Source of the DNA: Bacteroidales bacterium
GTDB lineage: Bacteria > Bacteroidota > Bacteroidia > Bacteroidales > GCA-2748055
Assembly (NCBI GenBank): GCA_030589895.1
Contig: JAUUZQ010000004.1
Coordinates: 2,951 to 66,950 of the forward strand
DNA: 64,000 bases
Direction: 5' to 3'
Shown here piece after piece: positions 18,413 through 27,475 of this stretch (positions are counted from its first letter, which is position 1; every line of letters starts with the position of its first letter). A program made the position numbers and the translations under genes. The notes below the pieces were generated by a model. It did no database searches and had not been told where the DNA came from. It saw only the letters and a list, made by a program, of their open reading frames with translations.

Positions 18413-19225
18413 CTACTTTTCCTGTATCCTTATATTTCTGAACCAAACGTCATCACCATGATCCTGAATACCAATGTAACCTTCGCTAGCTACATTCGCC
18501 CAATTCTCATTAAGCCCAGGGAATTTAGAATCGGCAACCATTTCATTCCATTCCGGAGTCCACAGATGATATTCCAACACTTTTTCGCCATTTTGGAAAT
18601 GAACAACAGTACCTTTGTAGCATAAAACTTCTGCTGTATTCCACTCACCAGCTGGTTTCGCATTTTGAGGAACAGCCGGTATCAGATCATACAAAGAACC
18701 AGCCTGCCTGTTTCCATCTTTTCCCAATATAGCATCAGGATGCTCTTCATTATCCAGTACCTGCATTTCAGGAGCAGTCTTCCAGATAAATGCATAGTCA
18801 GGAGTTTCTTGTCCAAGATAGAAAATTCCAGAATTTCCACCTTTAGAAATTTTCCACTCCAGCTTTAAATGGAAATTTGAGAAAACTTTATCATAGATGA
18901 TATCTCCACCATCTGCAGAGCCTGCCTCACCTCTCCCTGAGCCTATGCATTTTAATGCGCCTTCTTCAACGACCCAGGCTGCTGGAAAATGATCTTTACC
19001 ATATCCTCTCCAACCTTCAGTCGACTCACCATCAAACAACATCACAAATCCCTTCTCTGCCTCTTCTGCTGAAAGTATATTCAACGCAAGTTCTTCAGTT
19101 TTTACTTCTTCACTTTTTTTATCTTTTGCATCTTCGGTTTTTGTGCCTGAACCACAGGATGAGAAAACAAGCCCTGCAATTAGAGCTACAGTCATAATTT
19201 TAAACAAATCTTTAAGGTTTTTCAT
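18413..19225 (-). CDS. DUF1080 (3-keto-disaccharide hydrolase-like) lipoprotein
   Basis: Lipobox VFSSC; WRGYGKDHFPAAWVVEEGALKC, GGNSGIFY and GYIGIQDHGDDVWFRNIRI are the typical DUF1080 blocks. Confidence 0.85.
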   Translation of the reverse strand: MKNLKDLFKIMTVALIAGLVFSSCGSGTKTEDAKDKKSEEVKTEELALNILSAEEAEKGFVMLFDGESTEGWRGYGKDHFPAAWVVEEGALKCIGSGRGEAGSADGGDIIYDKVFSNFHLKLEWKISKGGNSGIFYLGQETPDYAFIWKTAPEMQVLDNEEHPDAILGKDGNRQAGSLYDLIPAVPQNAKPAGEWNTAEVLCYKGTVVHFQNGEKVLEYHLWTPEWNEMVADSKFPGLNENWANVASEGYIGIQDHGDDVWFRNIRIQEK

Positions 19226-19319
19226 TTTTTTGTGGGTATTTATAAATTACAAATTCTGAGTTTATTTTATGATTACAAATTTCTAAAATTATTGATGAAA
19301 TTCAAATATTGTTTCCATA

Positions 19320-19991
19320 TTACTTTTGCAGAAGATCTGTTAAGCCTCGTCTATCAATAATATGAATCACATCCCTCTCTGAATCAATTAATCCTTCTGA
19401 ATTCATGTTTCGAAACTCTCTTGAAAGTGATGGTCTGGTAACGCCAAAAAGTTCTGACATCTGCTGATGTGTAATTGGTAACTGCAATACATCCTGTCCT
19501 TCAGAGTAGTGTAGAATAAAACCTGCAATCTTTGCTCTTATGGAAGGGAAAGATACAAACTTTATCTTCTCAGACAAAAATTGTGCTCTACTTGAAATAG
19601 CACTGAGAAAATTATCCAATAATGTAAGATTTTTCTGTAACAAGCCCGAAAATTCATCGCGATGTATCTGCCATATTACAGTAGTTTCTGTGGAAATTAC
19701 ATTCACAGGATACCTTCTCCTTTTTCCAAATAAAAAAGCAGGAGCGATCAATTTAGAAGGTAGAATATCCTCAATTTTCAAAACTTTTCCGGAAATATCC
19801 ATCATCTCACCACTCACTCTTCCTTCCACAACAATTCGAATGTGATCACAAGGAGTGCCTGAGTGGGCAATAATATCGCCCTTATTAAAAGTTCTGTACT
19901 GAAAATTGGTGGTAGAAAGCAACTCTTCAATTGTCTCTTGTGAAACTGATCGAAAAACAGTTGAATTTGATAGTATGTTAGTATATTTCAT
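19320..19991 (-). CDS. Crp/Fnr family transcriptional regulator
   Basis: cNMP-binding-like beta-roll followed by a C-terminal HTH (HQQMSELFGVTRPSLSREFRNM). Confidence 0.85.
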   Translation of the reverse strand: MKYTNILSNSTVFRSVSQETIEELLSTTNFQYRTFNKGDIIAHSGTPCDHIRIVVEGRVSGEMMDISGKVLKIEDILPSKLIAPAFLFGKRRRYPVNVISTETTVIWQIHRDEFSGLLQKNLTLLDNFLSAISSRAQFLSEKIKFVSFPSIRAKIAGFILHYSEGQDVLQLPITHQQMSELFGVTRPSLSREFRNMNSEGLIDSERDVIHIIDRRGLTDLLQK

Positions 19992-20025
19992 ATTCTATAA
20001 TTGATTTTCAATGCTCAATGTTTTG

Positions 20026-20043
20026 TTGTAACATAGGTTACAA
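20026..20043. promoter_or_regulatory. Perfect palindrome TTGTAAC-ATAG-GTTACAA, candidate Crp/Fnr-family operator
   Basis: 7-4-7 inverted repeat in the 109-bp divergent spacer. Its centre lies about 33 nt upstream of the TAAATTTG box centre for 20101 and 35 nt upstream of the crp-like start. Confidence 0.45.
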
Positions 20044-20063
20044 GATATATAAGGTTTTCTTGA

Positions 20064-20071
20064 TAAATTTG
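20064..20071 (+). promoter_or_regulatory. Candidate -7 box TAAATTTG
   Basis: TAnnTTTG 30 nt upstream of ATG 20101. Confidence 0.4.
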
Positions 20072-20100
20072 TTCAGTTTTCGGAATAAAAGTACAAATAA

Positions 20101-21012
20101 ATGGAAAGAGAAATAATACATATAGATGAGGAATTATGTGACGGATGCGGAGAATGTATTCCAAATTGTCATGAAGGTGCTTTGCAAATGATAGATGGAA
20201 AAGCAAGGCTCATTAGCGATTTAATGTGCGATGGACTTGGGGCCTGCATAGGACATTGTCCGCAGGGTGCCATAACAATTGAAAAAAGAGAAGCTGAGCC
20301 TTATAACGAGACAGAAGTTATTAAGGGAATGGCAATTAAGGGAAAGAACGTTGTTATCGCACACTTAACACATCTTATGGATCACAATGAAAATGATTTA
20401 GTTAGTGAAGGACTTAGCTGGCTGGAAAGCAACAAAGGATCATTGTCGTTTGATCTTAAGGAAGTAAAACAACTCATAGATAAACCGAAGGAAACAATGA
20501 AAGAGCAGACATTTAATATATCACAAATGGCACCCCAGCCAGAATTCGAACCCTGTGCTTGTCCCGGATCTCAAACCAAAGAATTCTCCGGTGAAGCACC
20601 AGCAGTGCGTAGCGAGACTGTTAGTCAGGTCAGTGAACTCAGACAATGGCCGGTTCAGTTTCATTTGATCAATCCGGCTGCAGGATATTTTAAAGAAGCT
20701 GATCTGTTATTGGCTGCAGATTGTTCGGCATATACAATGGGGAATTTCCATTCAGACTATCTGAAAGGAAAATCTTTGATTATCGCTTGTCCAAAGCTTG
20801 ACTCAGCACAAGAGAGCTATCATCAAAAACTTGTTCAACTTATTGACCAGTCTATGATCAACACCATACATCTGCTCATTATGGAAGTACCATGCTGTGG
20901 AGGATTACTCAGACTTGTGGATCAGGCGCTGGAAAGTGCAAGCAGAAAAGTCCCTGTCAAATGTTCGGTGATCAGTGCTGAAGGTCAGGTATTATCGGAA
21001 AATTGGCTATAG
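20101..21012 (+). CDS. Fe-S protein: N-terminal 2x[4Fe-4S] ferredoxin domain plus Cys-rich C-terminal domain of unknown function
   Basis: CDGCGECIPNC and CDGLGACIGHCP motifs; C-terminal Cys at ACPGS, AADCSAY, IACPKLD and VPCCGG. Confidence 0.75.
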   Translation: MEREIIHIDEELCDGCGECIPNCHEGALQMIDGKARLISDLMCDGLGACIGHCPQGAITIEKREAEPYNETEVIKGMAIKGKNVVIAHLTHLMDHNENDLVSEGLSWLESNKGSLSFDLKEVKQLIDKPKETMKEQTFNISQMAPQPEFEPCACPGSQTKEFSGEAPAVRSETVSQVSELRQWPVQFHLINPAAGYFKEADLLLAADCSAYTMGNFHSDYLKGKSLIIACPKLDSAQESYHQKLVQLIDQSMINTIHLLIMEVPCCGGLLRLVDQALESASRKVPVKCSVISAEGQVLSENWL

Positions 21013-21062
21013 AGGGTCCTGATAGCTACCGGGGGGGGACAAGAGCAGTCGAAAAATTGTAT

Positions 21063-21123
21063 CATTGTTACATTATTGCATTATCACATTGTTGCATTAT
21101 CGCATTGTTACATTATCACATTA
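21063..21123. repeat. Octamer tandem array CATTRTYR x7.6
   Basis: cattgtta cattattg cattatca cattgttg cattatcg cattgtta cattatca catta. Confidence 0.85.
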
Positions 21124-21240
21124 CCCTTCCATTGACTGGAATCTCTTTTTATCGTAACTTACCATCATAAGCATCTATTTTCCTCTGTACTCTACGATTA
21201 CCTGGTAAACAAGTTTTGATTTAACTTAAAACATTACCAC

Positions 21241-21762
21241 ATGAAGAGTTCCAATTCTCCGTCAGGCAATCAGCAGTTTGTATCAGACCTTATGGATCTG
21301 AGAGAACAGCTCTTTTACTATGCACTTCAACTTACTGAAAACAGGGATGACGCTATGGATCTGGTGCAGGAGACCAATTATAAAGCACTGAAACATAATA
21401 GCAAGCATCAGCAATATGAACATGTAAAGGCATGGGTATATACTATCTTAAGAAATACATATATCAATCATCTTCGCAGTGGATACAAGCGAAATATATG
21501 GATTGGAAGTGAAGATTTAAATCGCCAGAAGATATATGCAATTATCCCGGAATCGGATCAGCCCGACAGAATTTTTTTCAGAAAAGAACTCAGAGATAAA
21601 ATCTCAAGTATGCCCTTAAACTATGCTCAACCATTATCGCTATTTCTTTTAGGCTACTCTTATAAAGAGATATCACTTAAAACAAATGTTCCTATTGGCA
21701 CTATAAAAAGCAGAATTTTTTTGGCAAAAGAGAAGATCAAGAAAGTGTATGGAGAATGTTAA
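21241..21762 (+). CDS. RNA polymerase sigma-70 family factor (ECF-like)
   Basis: Region 2 ([29 protein letters not shown]) and region 4 HTH ([28 protein letters not shown]). No adjacent anti-sigma gene. The stop overlaps the convergent gene by 4 nt. Confidence 0.8.
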   Translation: MKSSNSPSGNQQFVSDLMDLREQLFYYALQLTENRDDAMDLVQETNYKALKHNSKHQQYEHVKAWVYTILRNTYINHLRSGYKRNIWIGSEDLNRQKIYAIIPESDQPDRIFFRKELRDKISSMPLNYAQPLSLFLLGYSYKEISLKTNVPIGTIKSRIFLAKEKIKKVYGEC

Positions 21763-22340
21763 ACCAGATCACAGGCATCTGCAGGCATCCAATGTGCATC
21801 TTTTCCATCCCACTTCACATTGCATCCAATTGGATTTGTAACAGGTACAGATACTTCTTCACCAGCCATGATCTCATCAAGCGCTCTCTCCAAATCATGA
21901 ACTCTTATTCCTGAAGCATCTCTCGGACTATCAGTAGCTCTTCCAATATATACCAATGCCCTGTCTTTATTAAAAACATAAAAATGCGGTGTCTTAAGGG
22001 CTCCGTATTCCCTGGCTATACTCTGAGTTTCATCATGCAGATAAACCCATGGAAACTTAAACTCCTCCATACGAGTCACCATATGATCGAAACTATCAAC
22101 AGAATAAGTATTGACACTATTCGAATTAATGGCTACAAATGAAATACTCTGGTCTGTATATTTCCCCACTGTTTTCCTTGTAACTTCATCAGAACCTATT
22201 ACATACGGACAATGGTTGCAAGTGAAAAACAAGACAAGTAATTCTGATTCACTAAAATCATTTAAAGCATAAGATTTACCATCTGTCGCAGGCAAATTAA
22301 ATCCCGGAGCACTCTCTCCTATTTTCAATGTAAAAGCCAT
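21759..22340 (-). CDS. Thioredoxin-fold (redoxin/AhpC-TSA-like) protein, cytoplasmic
   Basis: [10 protein letters not shown] CxxC motif; C-terminal PIGCNVKW block; no signal peptide. Confidence 0.8.
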   Translation of the reverse strand: MAFTLKIGESAPGFNLPATDGKSYALNDFSESELLVLFFTCNHCPYVIGSDEVTRKTVGKYTDQSISFVAINSNSVNTYSVDSFDHMVTRMEEFKFPWVYLHDETQSIAREYGALKTPHFYVFNKDRALVYIGRATDSPRDASGIRVHDLERALDEIMAGEEVSVPVTNPIGCNVKWDGKDAHWMPADACDLV

Positions 22341-22453
22341 AATCGTTATTTTTTAATAATTGACAGGTCAATAATACAACCAAAAAGTTAATATTCTACA
22401 AGATTTAACAGTTTTAAGTATTGGAAGGAGAGATACGAGGTGCAATGAACATG

Positions 22454-22512
22454 GTTCTGGTGAAGGGATAGTAGCAAGGGTTTTAGTGAAGGGATAGTAG
22501 CAAGGGTTCTGG
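22454..22512. repeat. 26-bp direct repeat GTGAAGGGATAGTAGCAAGGGTT x2 in a purine-rich spacer
   Basis: Copies at 22460-22482 and 22486-22508, flanked by GGTTCTG on both sides. Confidence 0.8.
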
Positions 22513-22764
22513 GAAGATTATGGAATAGGCTATGGTGAGGATTGTTGGGTGCTGATGTGAGGAGACAAGCCAAGAGACTTGCAAAAATCAGAATCAGATT
22601 GTAATTTACAGGTGTAATTTTCTGACAGATTTTTCTAGCCTGCATTATTACCTTCGGTGAGGGCTAAAGAAGGCTATATCATATAGATTGAAAAAAACTC
22701 AAATATCACTGAATATCCGCGTAGTTTGAAAGTATGGATATAGCCTGAATAAATATTATTTACG

Positions 22765-23367
22765 ATGAAAAAAACTATTTCGACACTCATACTGGGGCTT
22801 ATAATAGCAACATCGCTTTCTGCTCAGCTGCAACCAGGCGACAATGCAATTATCTTTACCTTGAAGAATGTTGATTCTGAGATGATCAGTCTCTCTGATT
22901 ATGACGAGAACAATGGTGTTATTCTGGTTTTCACCTGCAATCCCTGTCCCTTTTCCAAAGCATATGAGCAAAGATTAATCAGGATCCATAACTTCTACGC
23001 ACCAAAAGGCTATCCAGTGATTGCCATTAATCCAAATGATGAAGCGGTTTCCCCCGACGATTCATTTGAAGAAATGAAAAAACTGGCTGAAAAGAACAAT
23101 TACCCCTTCCCTTATCTCAAAGATGTAACTCAAGAAGTTTACAGAGCATATGGAGCGACAAGAACGCCTCAAATATTCCTGTTAAAAAATGAAGGTGGAA
23201 AATTTAAAGTTGCTTATATCGGAGCTATAGACAATAATGTTGTAGATCCAAAAGACGTTAGCAATCGTCACCTCGAAAAAGCAATAGCCTCTCTTATAAA
23301 AGGAGACACACCGGATCCTGACATAGTTAGAGCTATTGGATGTATTATTAAGACTAGTGGAAATTAG
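22765..23367 (+). CDS. Thioredoxin-fold (redoxin-like) protein, secreted paralog of 21759..22340
   Basis: Signal peptide; FTCNPCPFS CxxC motif; C-terminal AIGCIIK block equivalent to PIGCNVKW. Confidence 0.8.
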   Translation: MKKTISTLILGLIIATSLSAQLQPGDNAIIFTLKNVDSEMISLSDYDENNGVILVFTCNPCPFSKAYEQRLIRIHNFYAPKGYPVIAINPNDEAVSPDDSFEEMKKLAEKNNYPFPYLKDVTQEVYRAYGATRTPQIFLLKNEGGKFKVAYIGAIDNNVVDPKDVSNRHLEKAIASLIKGDTPDPDIVRAIGCIIKTSGN

Positions 23368-23406
23368 GCTATAAACTACATATATAGAAAGTAAGTCCAT
23401 TTGAAA

Positions 23407-23438
23407 ATCTCATGCTGATCTCATGCTGATCTTATGCC
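23407..23438. repeat. 11-mer tandem repeat ATCTCATGCTG x2.9
   Basis: atctcatgctg atctcatgctg atcttatgcc. Confidence 0.8.
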
Positions 23439-23563
23439 ATAGGCTTCCTCTCGCTTCACTTTTACTTTTTTCTTTTACCGTCCTCTTTTATACATCAGCT
23501 AACTTATCTCTTTCCATTTCTTATTTCTATCTTTATCCAACTAACAATTAAAACTAACTAACA

Positions 23564-25507
23564 ATGAGAAATTCATTCCTGATCCTTGTCTCAATTTCAT
23601 TATTATGGAGTTGTAATTCAAACCAATCCTGGGTAGTAACTTCCCCCGATTCAAAGCTATCTATAAACATTGAGCTGAGAGAAGATGGATCTCTTGATTA
23701 CTCAGCTATTCTCAATGTAGAAGGTAAAGAAGTTGTGGCATTGGAGTCCTCCCCTTTGGGCCTGGATAGAAAGGATGGTATTTTCTCAAGTAATTTATTG
23801 CTTGTAACCGCATCCGATATCGAACAAATTAGTGATCATTATCAATTGGTTACAGGAAAAAAGAAAGACATCCATTATGAAGCAAATCAATTAATTCTTC
23901 AGATGAAGAATCAGGAGGATCAGCTGTTTAATGTGATTTTCCGGGTTTCAAATGACGGAGTTGCGTATAGATACCATTTTCCTGAAGAGTGTTCAGAAGA
24001 GCATACGATTACAAAAGAATATTCTGCATTCAATCTTCCTGACATTGGAAAAGTCTGGACACTGGCATATGATTCTGTTTTTGAGTATGCACCCGCTTAT
24101 GAAACTTATTATGTAAATGGACTGGATATTGGCACTCCCGCACCGGTAAATGAAAATGGTTGGTCCTTCCCTGCAACTTTTAACACCAATGGAATTTGGG
24201 TGATGATCATGGAATCCAATATAGATGGAACATATCCTGCATCTCATTTGGAAGCCTTGTGTGAGAAGGGTGTTTACAGCCTGAGATTTCCGGAAGCAAC
24301 AGAGTGTTTTGGAGAGTACAGTGAGAAACCGGTCTCAACTTTACCATGGTATTCTCCCTGGCGATTGGCAATTATTGGAGATAATCCGGGAGTGATACTG
24401 GAATCTACCCTTGTAACTGACCTGGCCGATCCTTCAAAGATCGATGACACATCATGGATTATTCCGGGTCGTGCTGCATGGAGCTGGTGGAGTGATTCCC
24501 CATCCCCCAGATATGTGAAAGAGCAAAACCGTTTTACTGATCTGGCCGTTGAAATGGGATGGGAGTATAACCTTATTGATGCAAACTGGAATGACATGAT
24601 TGACGGGACAGTTGAGGATGTCATTGAATATGCCAACTCAAAAGGTATAGGGGCTTTACTATGGTACAATTCTGGTGGTAAACATAATGTCGTTACTGAA
24701 AAACCAAGAGACAAAATGTGGGACCCTGAAATACGTGAGAAGGAGTTCCAGTGGTTACAAGAGGTGGGCGTCAAAGGAATCAAAGTTGATTTCTTTCAAA
24801 GTGACAAACAGGCAATCCTTAATCAGTATCTTGGAATTTTAGAAGATGGAGCTGAACATCATATTATGTTAAACTTCCATGGATGTACACTTCCCAGAGG
24901 TTGGAGACGAACCTGGCCTAATATGGTAACTTTGGAGGCTGTCACAGGTGCTGAAGTATATAAATTTGGATCAAAATTTGCAGAAGTTGCCCCTGCTATA
25001 AATACCATCCTGCCATTTACCCGAAATGTAGCAGGATCAATGGATTACACTCCGGTAGCATTTACTGAGCATAACTATCCTCATCTGACTTCCTATGCAC
25101 ATGAGTTGGCGCTTTCAGTTGTATTTGAATCAGGCATCCTGCATTTTGCAGACAAAGTGGAAGCATACCTTGCTTTGCCAGCATATGCAAAAGAATTCCT
25201 GATGAATGTACCGACTACATGGGACGATACCAAATATGTTGGTGGTACACCGGGAGATTACGTTGCATTGGCAAGAAAAAAAGGTGATACGTGGTATATT
25301 GCGGGAATCAGCGGTATTGAAACTGATCGGACTATTACCCTTTCAACAGATTTCCTTGATGAAGGAGAGTATATTATGAACCTGATTATTGATGGTGATA
25401 ACAATAAGGAGTTCATGAATCAGGAATTTGAAATTGGATCCTCAGATGAAATATCAGTAGATCTATTGGGATTTGGAGGGTTTACGGGTAAAATAATCAG
25501 GAAATAG
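23564..25507 (+). CDS. Glycoside hydrolase family 97 (SusB-like alpha-glucosidase/galactosidase)
   Basis: N-terminal SPDSKLSINIEL...LDYSAILNVEGKEVVALESSPLGL and central GVKGIKVDFF blocks typical of GH97; signal peptide. Confidence 0.88.
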   Translation: MRNSFLILVSISLLWSCNSNQSWVVTSPDSKLSINIELREDGSLDYSAILNVEGKEVVALESSPLGLDRKDGIFSSNLLLVTASDIEQISDHYQLVTGKKKDIHYEANQLILQMKNQEDQLFNVIFRVSNDGVAYRYHFPEECSEEHTITKEYSAFNLPDIGKVWTLAYDSVFEYAPAYETYYVNGLDIGTPAPVNENGWSFPATFNTNGIWVMIMESNIDGTYPASHLEALCEKGVYSLRFPEATECFGEYSEKPVSTLPWYSPWRLAIIGDNPGVILESTLVTDLADPSKIDDTSWIIPGRAAWSWWSDSPSPRYVKEQNRFTDLAVEMGWEYNLIDANWNDMIDGTVEDVIEYANSKGIGALLWYNSGGKHNVVTEKPRDKMWDPEIREKEFQWLQEVGVKGIKVDFFQSDKQAILNQYLGILEDGAEHHIMLNFHGCTLPRGWRRTWPNMVTLEAVTGAEVYKFGSKFAEVAPAINTILPFTRNVAGSMDYTPVAFTEHNYPHLTSYAHELALSVVFESGILHFADKVEAYLALPAYAKEFLMNVPTTWDDTKYVGGTPGDYVALARKKGDTWYIAGISGIETDRTITLSTDFLDEGEYIMNLIIDGDNNKEFMNQEFEIGSSDEISVDLLGFGGFTGKIIRK

Positions 25508-25559
25508 TATCCGCGAAATAATGTGTTTTATAATAGCTTGTTTATATCCTAATTGAGAT

Positions 25560-25567
25560 TAATTTTG
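25560..25567 (+). promoter_or_regulatory. Candidate -7 box TAATTTTG
   Basis: TAnnTTTG 23 nt upstream of ATG 25590. Confidence 0.35.
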
Positions 25568-25589
25568 CACGCAAAATAACTCTACTATT

Positions 25590-26171
25590 ATGCATATAAA
25601 TTTTCTTGAGATTTTTGCCGTCTTTATGGTGCTTTTTGCCATCATTGACATATTTGGATCTATCCCGATCATCCTGAGTATCAAATCTAAGATTGGAAAT
25701 ATTTATCCTGGAAAAACAACGCTTGTAGCCTATGGCATCATGCTTTTGTTTTTGTTTATCGGAGAACCATTGCTTGGAATATTTGGTGTGGATGTCTCCT
25801 CTTTTGCAATAGCAGGATCCTTTGTTCTTCTACTTATAGGAATGGAAATGATACTCGGAATAGAGCTGTTTAGAAATGAATCAACAGGAAGCAGTGGAGC
25901 CATTGTACCAATTGCCTTTCCAATTATCGCCGGAGCCGGTTCCATCACATCTCTGCTTTCGCTAAAAGCTGAATACGAGACGATTAATATACTGATCGCT
26001 TTAACGTTGAATATATTAATCGTCTATATGGTTTTAAGGCTCACCGATTTTTTTGAAAAAATTTTAGGTCCCAGCGGACTACATATCCTTCGAAAATTCT
26101 TTGGAATTATCTTATTGGCAATTGCTGTGAAACTGTTTATGTCAAATACAGGAATTGATTTGGGGAGATAG
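25590..26171 (+). CDS. MarC family (UPF0056) integral membrane protein
   Basis: 193 aa, 6 TM; FMVLFAIIDIFGSIPI N-terminal motif characteristic of MarC. Confidence 0.85.
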   Translation: MHINFLEIFAVFMVLFAIIDIFGSIPIILSIKSKIGNIYPGKTTLVAYGIMLLFLFIGEPLLGIFGVDVSSFAIAGSFVLLLIGMEMILGIELFRNESTGSSGAIVPIAFPIIAGAGSITSLLSLKAEYETINILIALTLNILIVYMVLRLTDFFEKILGPSGLHILRKFFGIILLAIAVKLFMSNTGIDLGR

Positions 26172-26173
26172 GA

Positions 26174-27355
26174 CTATTTAACTGATATTCTCCGTTTTAC
26201 CATTGATTTCAGCTCATTTTCATTGAATGAAACAGGATGATGCTTGTGTGATGTGGCAGCAACAATTTTATCTATAACATCATCATCTATATTTGAGCAA
26301 TCCAGCGGAGGAATTTCCAATACGTTAGAGATATGATCTAATTTATCTTTAAAGGCAAGGAGAAATTCGGTATCCTCCTTATATTTGAAATCAGCAAATA
26401 TTTTACTCACTATCAGGTATTTTCCATAGGCAACATGTTCTTTATCGTCAATGATCTTATCGATAGTTTCAGCATTAACTGTTGCCATTAAGGTCCCGCA
26501 TACCACCCCATGTGGAATATCACAATATGCACCAAAAGGGGAAGCAAATCCATGAACAAGTCCAAGTCCTGCATGTGAAAGTGTTATTCCCGAAAATGTT
26601 GCTGCGAGCGCCATTCCAGATCTGGCATCAAGATTTTGGTCTCCTTCAAGATAGGATCTAATTAAATGTTTCTTGATAAGCTTTAAGCCTTGCAGGGCAA
26701 TTGCATCAGTAAGCGGATTCGATTGCTTGCTAAGATATGACTCGAGGAGTTGTGTAAACGCATCCATCCCACTGGCTGCTGTAAGCTGGGGTGGACAAGA
26801 CAGCATCATCTCAGGATCAATTATCGCTGCTTCAGGAATAAAATTATCATGCCTGAGTGATTTTTTAAAACCGCTCTCCCCTACCTCAGACAATACAGCA
26901 TTTTTAGTCACTTCACTTCCTGTTCCAGAGGTTGTAGGAATTGCAATAAAGGGAACCTTGGTTCCAGGATGTTCCATATCTCCAACACCTTCCAGATAAT
27001 GCTTGGAACCATATTCGACCAACAACATCGCAGAAACTGCCTTTCCTGCATCCATCACACTACCACCACCCGCAGCTACAACTACTTCAATACCTCTTCC
27101 TTTATACTTTTCTGCAATTTCATCAACCATCTTCGGTGAAGGCTCATGACCAATGGTTTCATGATGATATGTTATTCCCGTATCTTTTAGAACTTCAATG
27201 ATTTCATCTCCATGACTAAAGTCATCATTTGCAACAGACCTCGTTATCAGCAGCACAGTAGAACCATACCTTTTAATCTCTCCGGGTAATTCAAAGCGTT
27301 TTCCGGCGCCAAAAATAATCTTGGGAAGTGATGAAAACTGAAAAGGTGCTATCAT
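26174..27355 (-). CDS. Iron-containing (group III) alcohol dehydrogenase
   Basis: AAGGGSVMDAGKA and IPTTSGTGSEVT motifs; His-rich metal site (HGVVCG, HAGLGLVHG). Confidence 0.9.
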   Translation of the reverse strand: MIAPFQFSSLPKIIFGAGKRFELPGEIKRYGSTVLLITRSVANDDFSHGDEIIEVLKDTGITYHHETIGHEPSPKMVDEIAEKYKGRGIEVVVAAGGGSVMDAGKAVSAMLLVEYGSKHYLEGVGDMEHPGTKVPFIAIPTTSGTGSEVTKNAVLSEVGESGFKKSLRHDNFIPEAAIIDPEMMLSCPPQLTAASGMDAFTQLLESYLSKQSNPLTDAIALQGLKLIKKHLIRSYLEGDQNLDARSGMALAATFSGITLSHAGLGLVHGFASPFGAYCDIPHGVVCGTLMATVNAETIDKIIDDKEHVAYGKYLIVSKIFADFKYKEDTEFLLAFKDKLDHISNVLEIPPLDCSNIDDDVIDKIVAATSHKHHPVSFNENELKSMVKRRISVK

Positions 27356-27392
27356 AATTGATCGTTTTTTGTAAATATAGTAAAATGGAATT

Positions 27393-27445
27393 AAGTGCAG
27401 AGATTAAAGTTTGAAGTGCAGAGCGCAGAGTAGAAAGTAGCGAAG
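27393..27445. repeat. Purine-rich repeat AAGTGCAGAG x2 plus GCGCAGAG and related words
   Basis: aagtgcagag at 27393 and 27414; gcgcagag at 27423. Shares CAGAGATTAAA with the 49188 locus. Confidence 0.7.
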
Positions 27446-27475
27446 ACCCTGCAAAGGATAATAATTATAAATAGC

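Noticed and set aside
22388-22645. 85-aa minus-strand ORF in the long spacer between the two redoxin genes
   Set aside because: It is translated largely from the purine-rich 26-bp repeat region. It has low-complexity composition and no recognisable motif, so it is most likely a chance ORF.
23564-25507. Polysaccharide utilisation locus around GH97, or around the GH78-like and sulfatase genes
   Set aside because: No SusC-like TonB-dependent transporter, SusD-like gene or hybrid two-component/ECF-anti-sigma sensor pair is present anywhere in the window. The CAZyme genes are scattered singletons.
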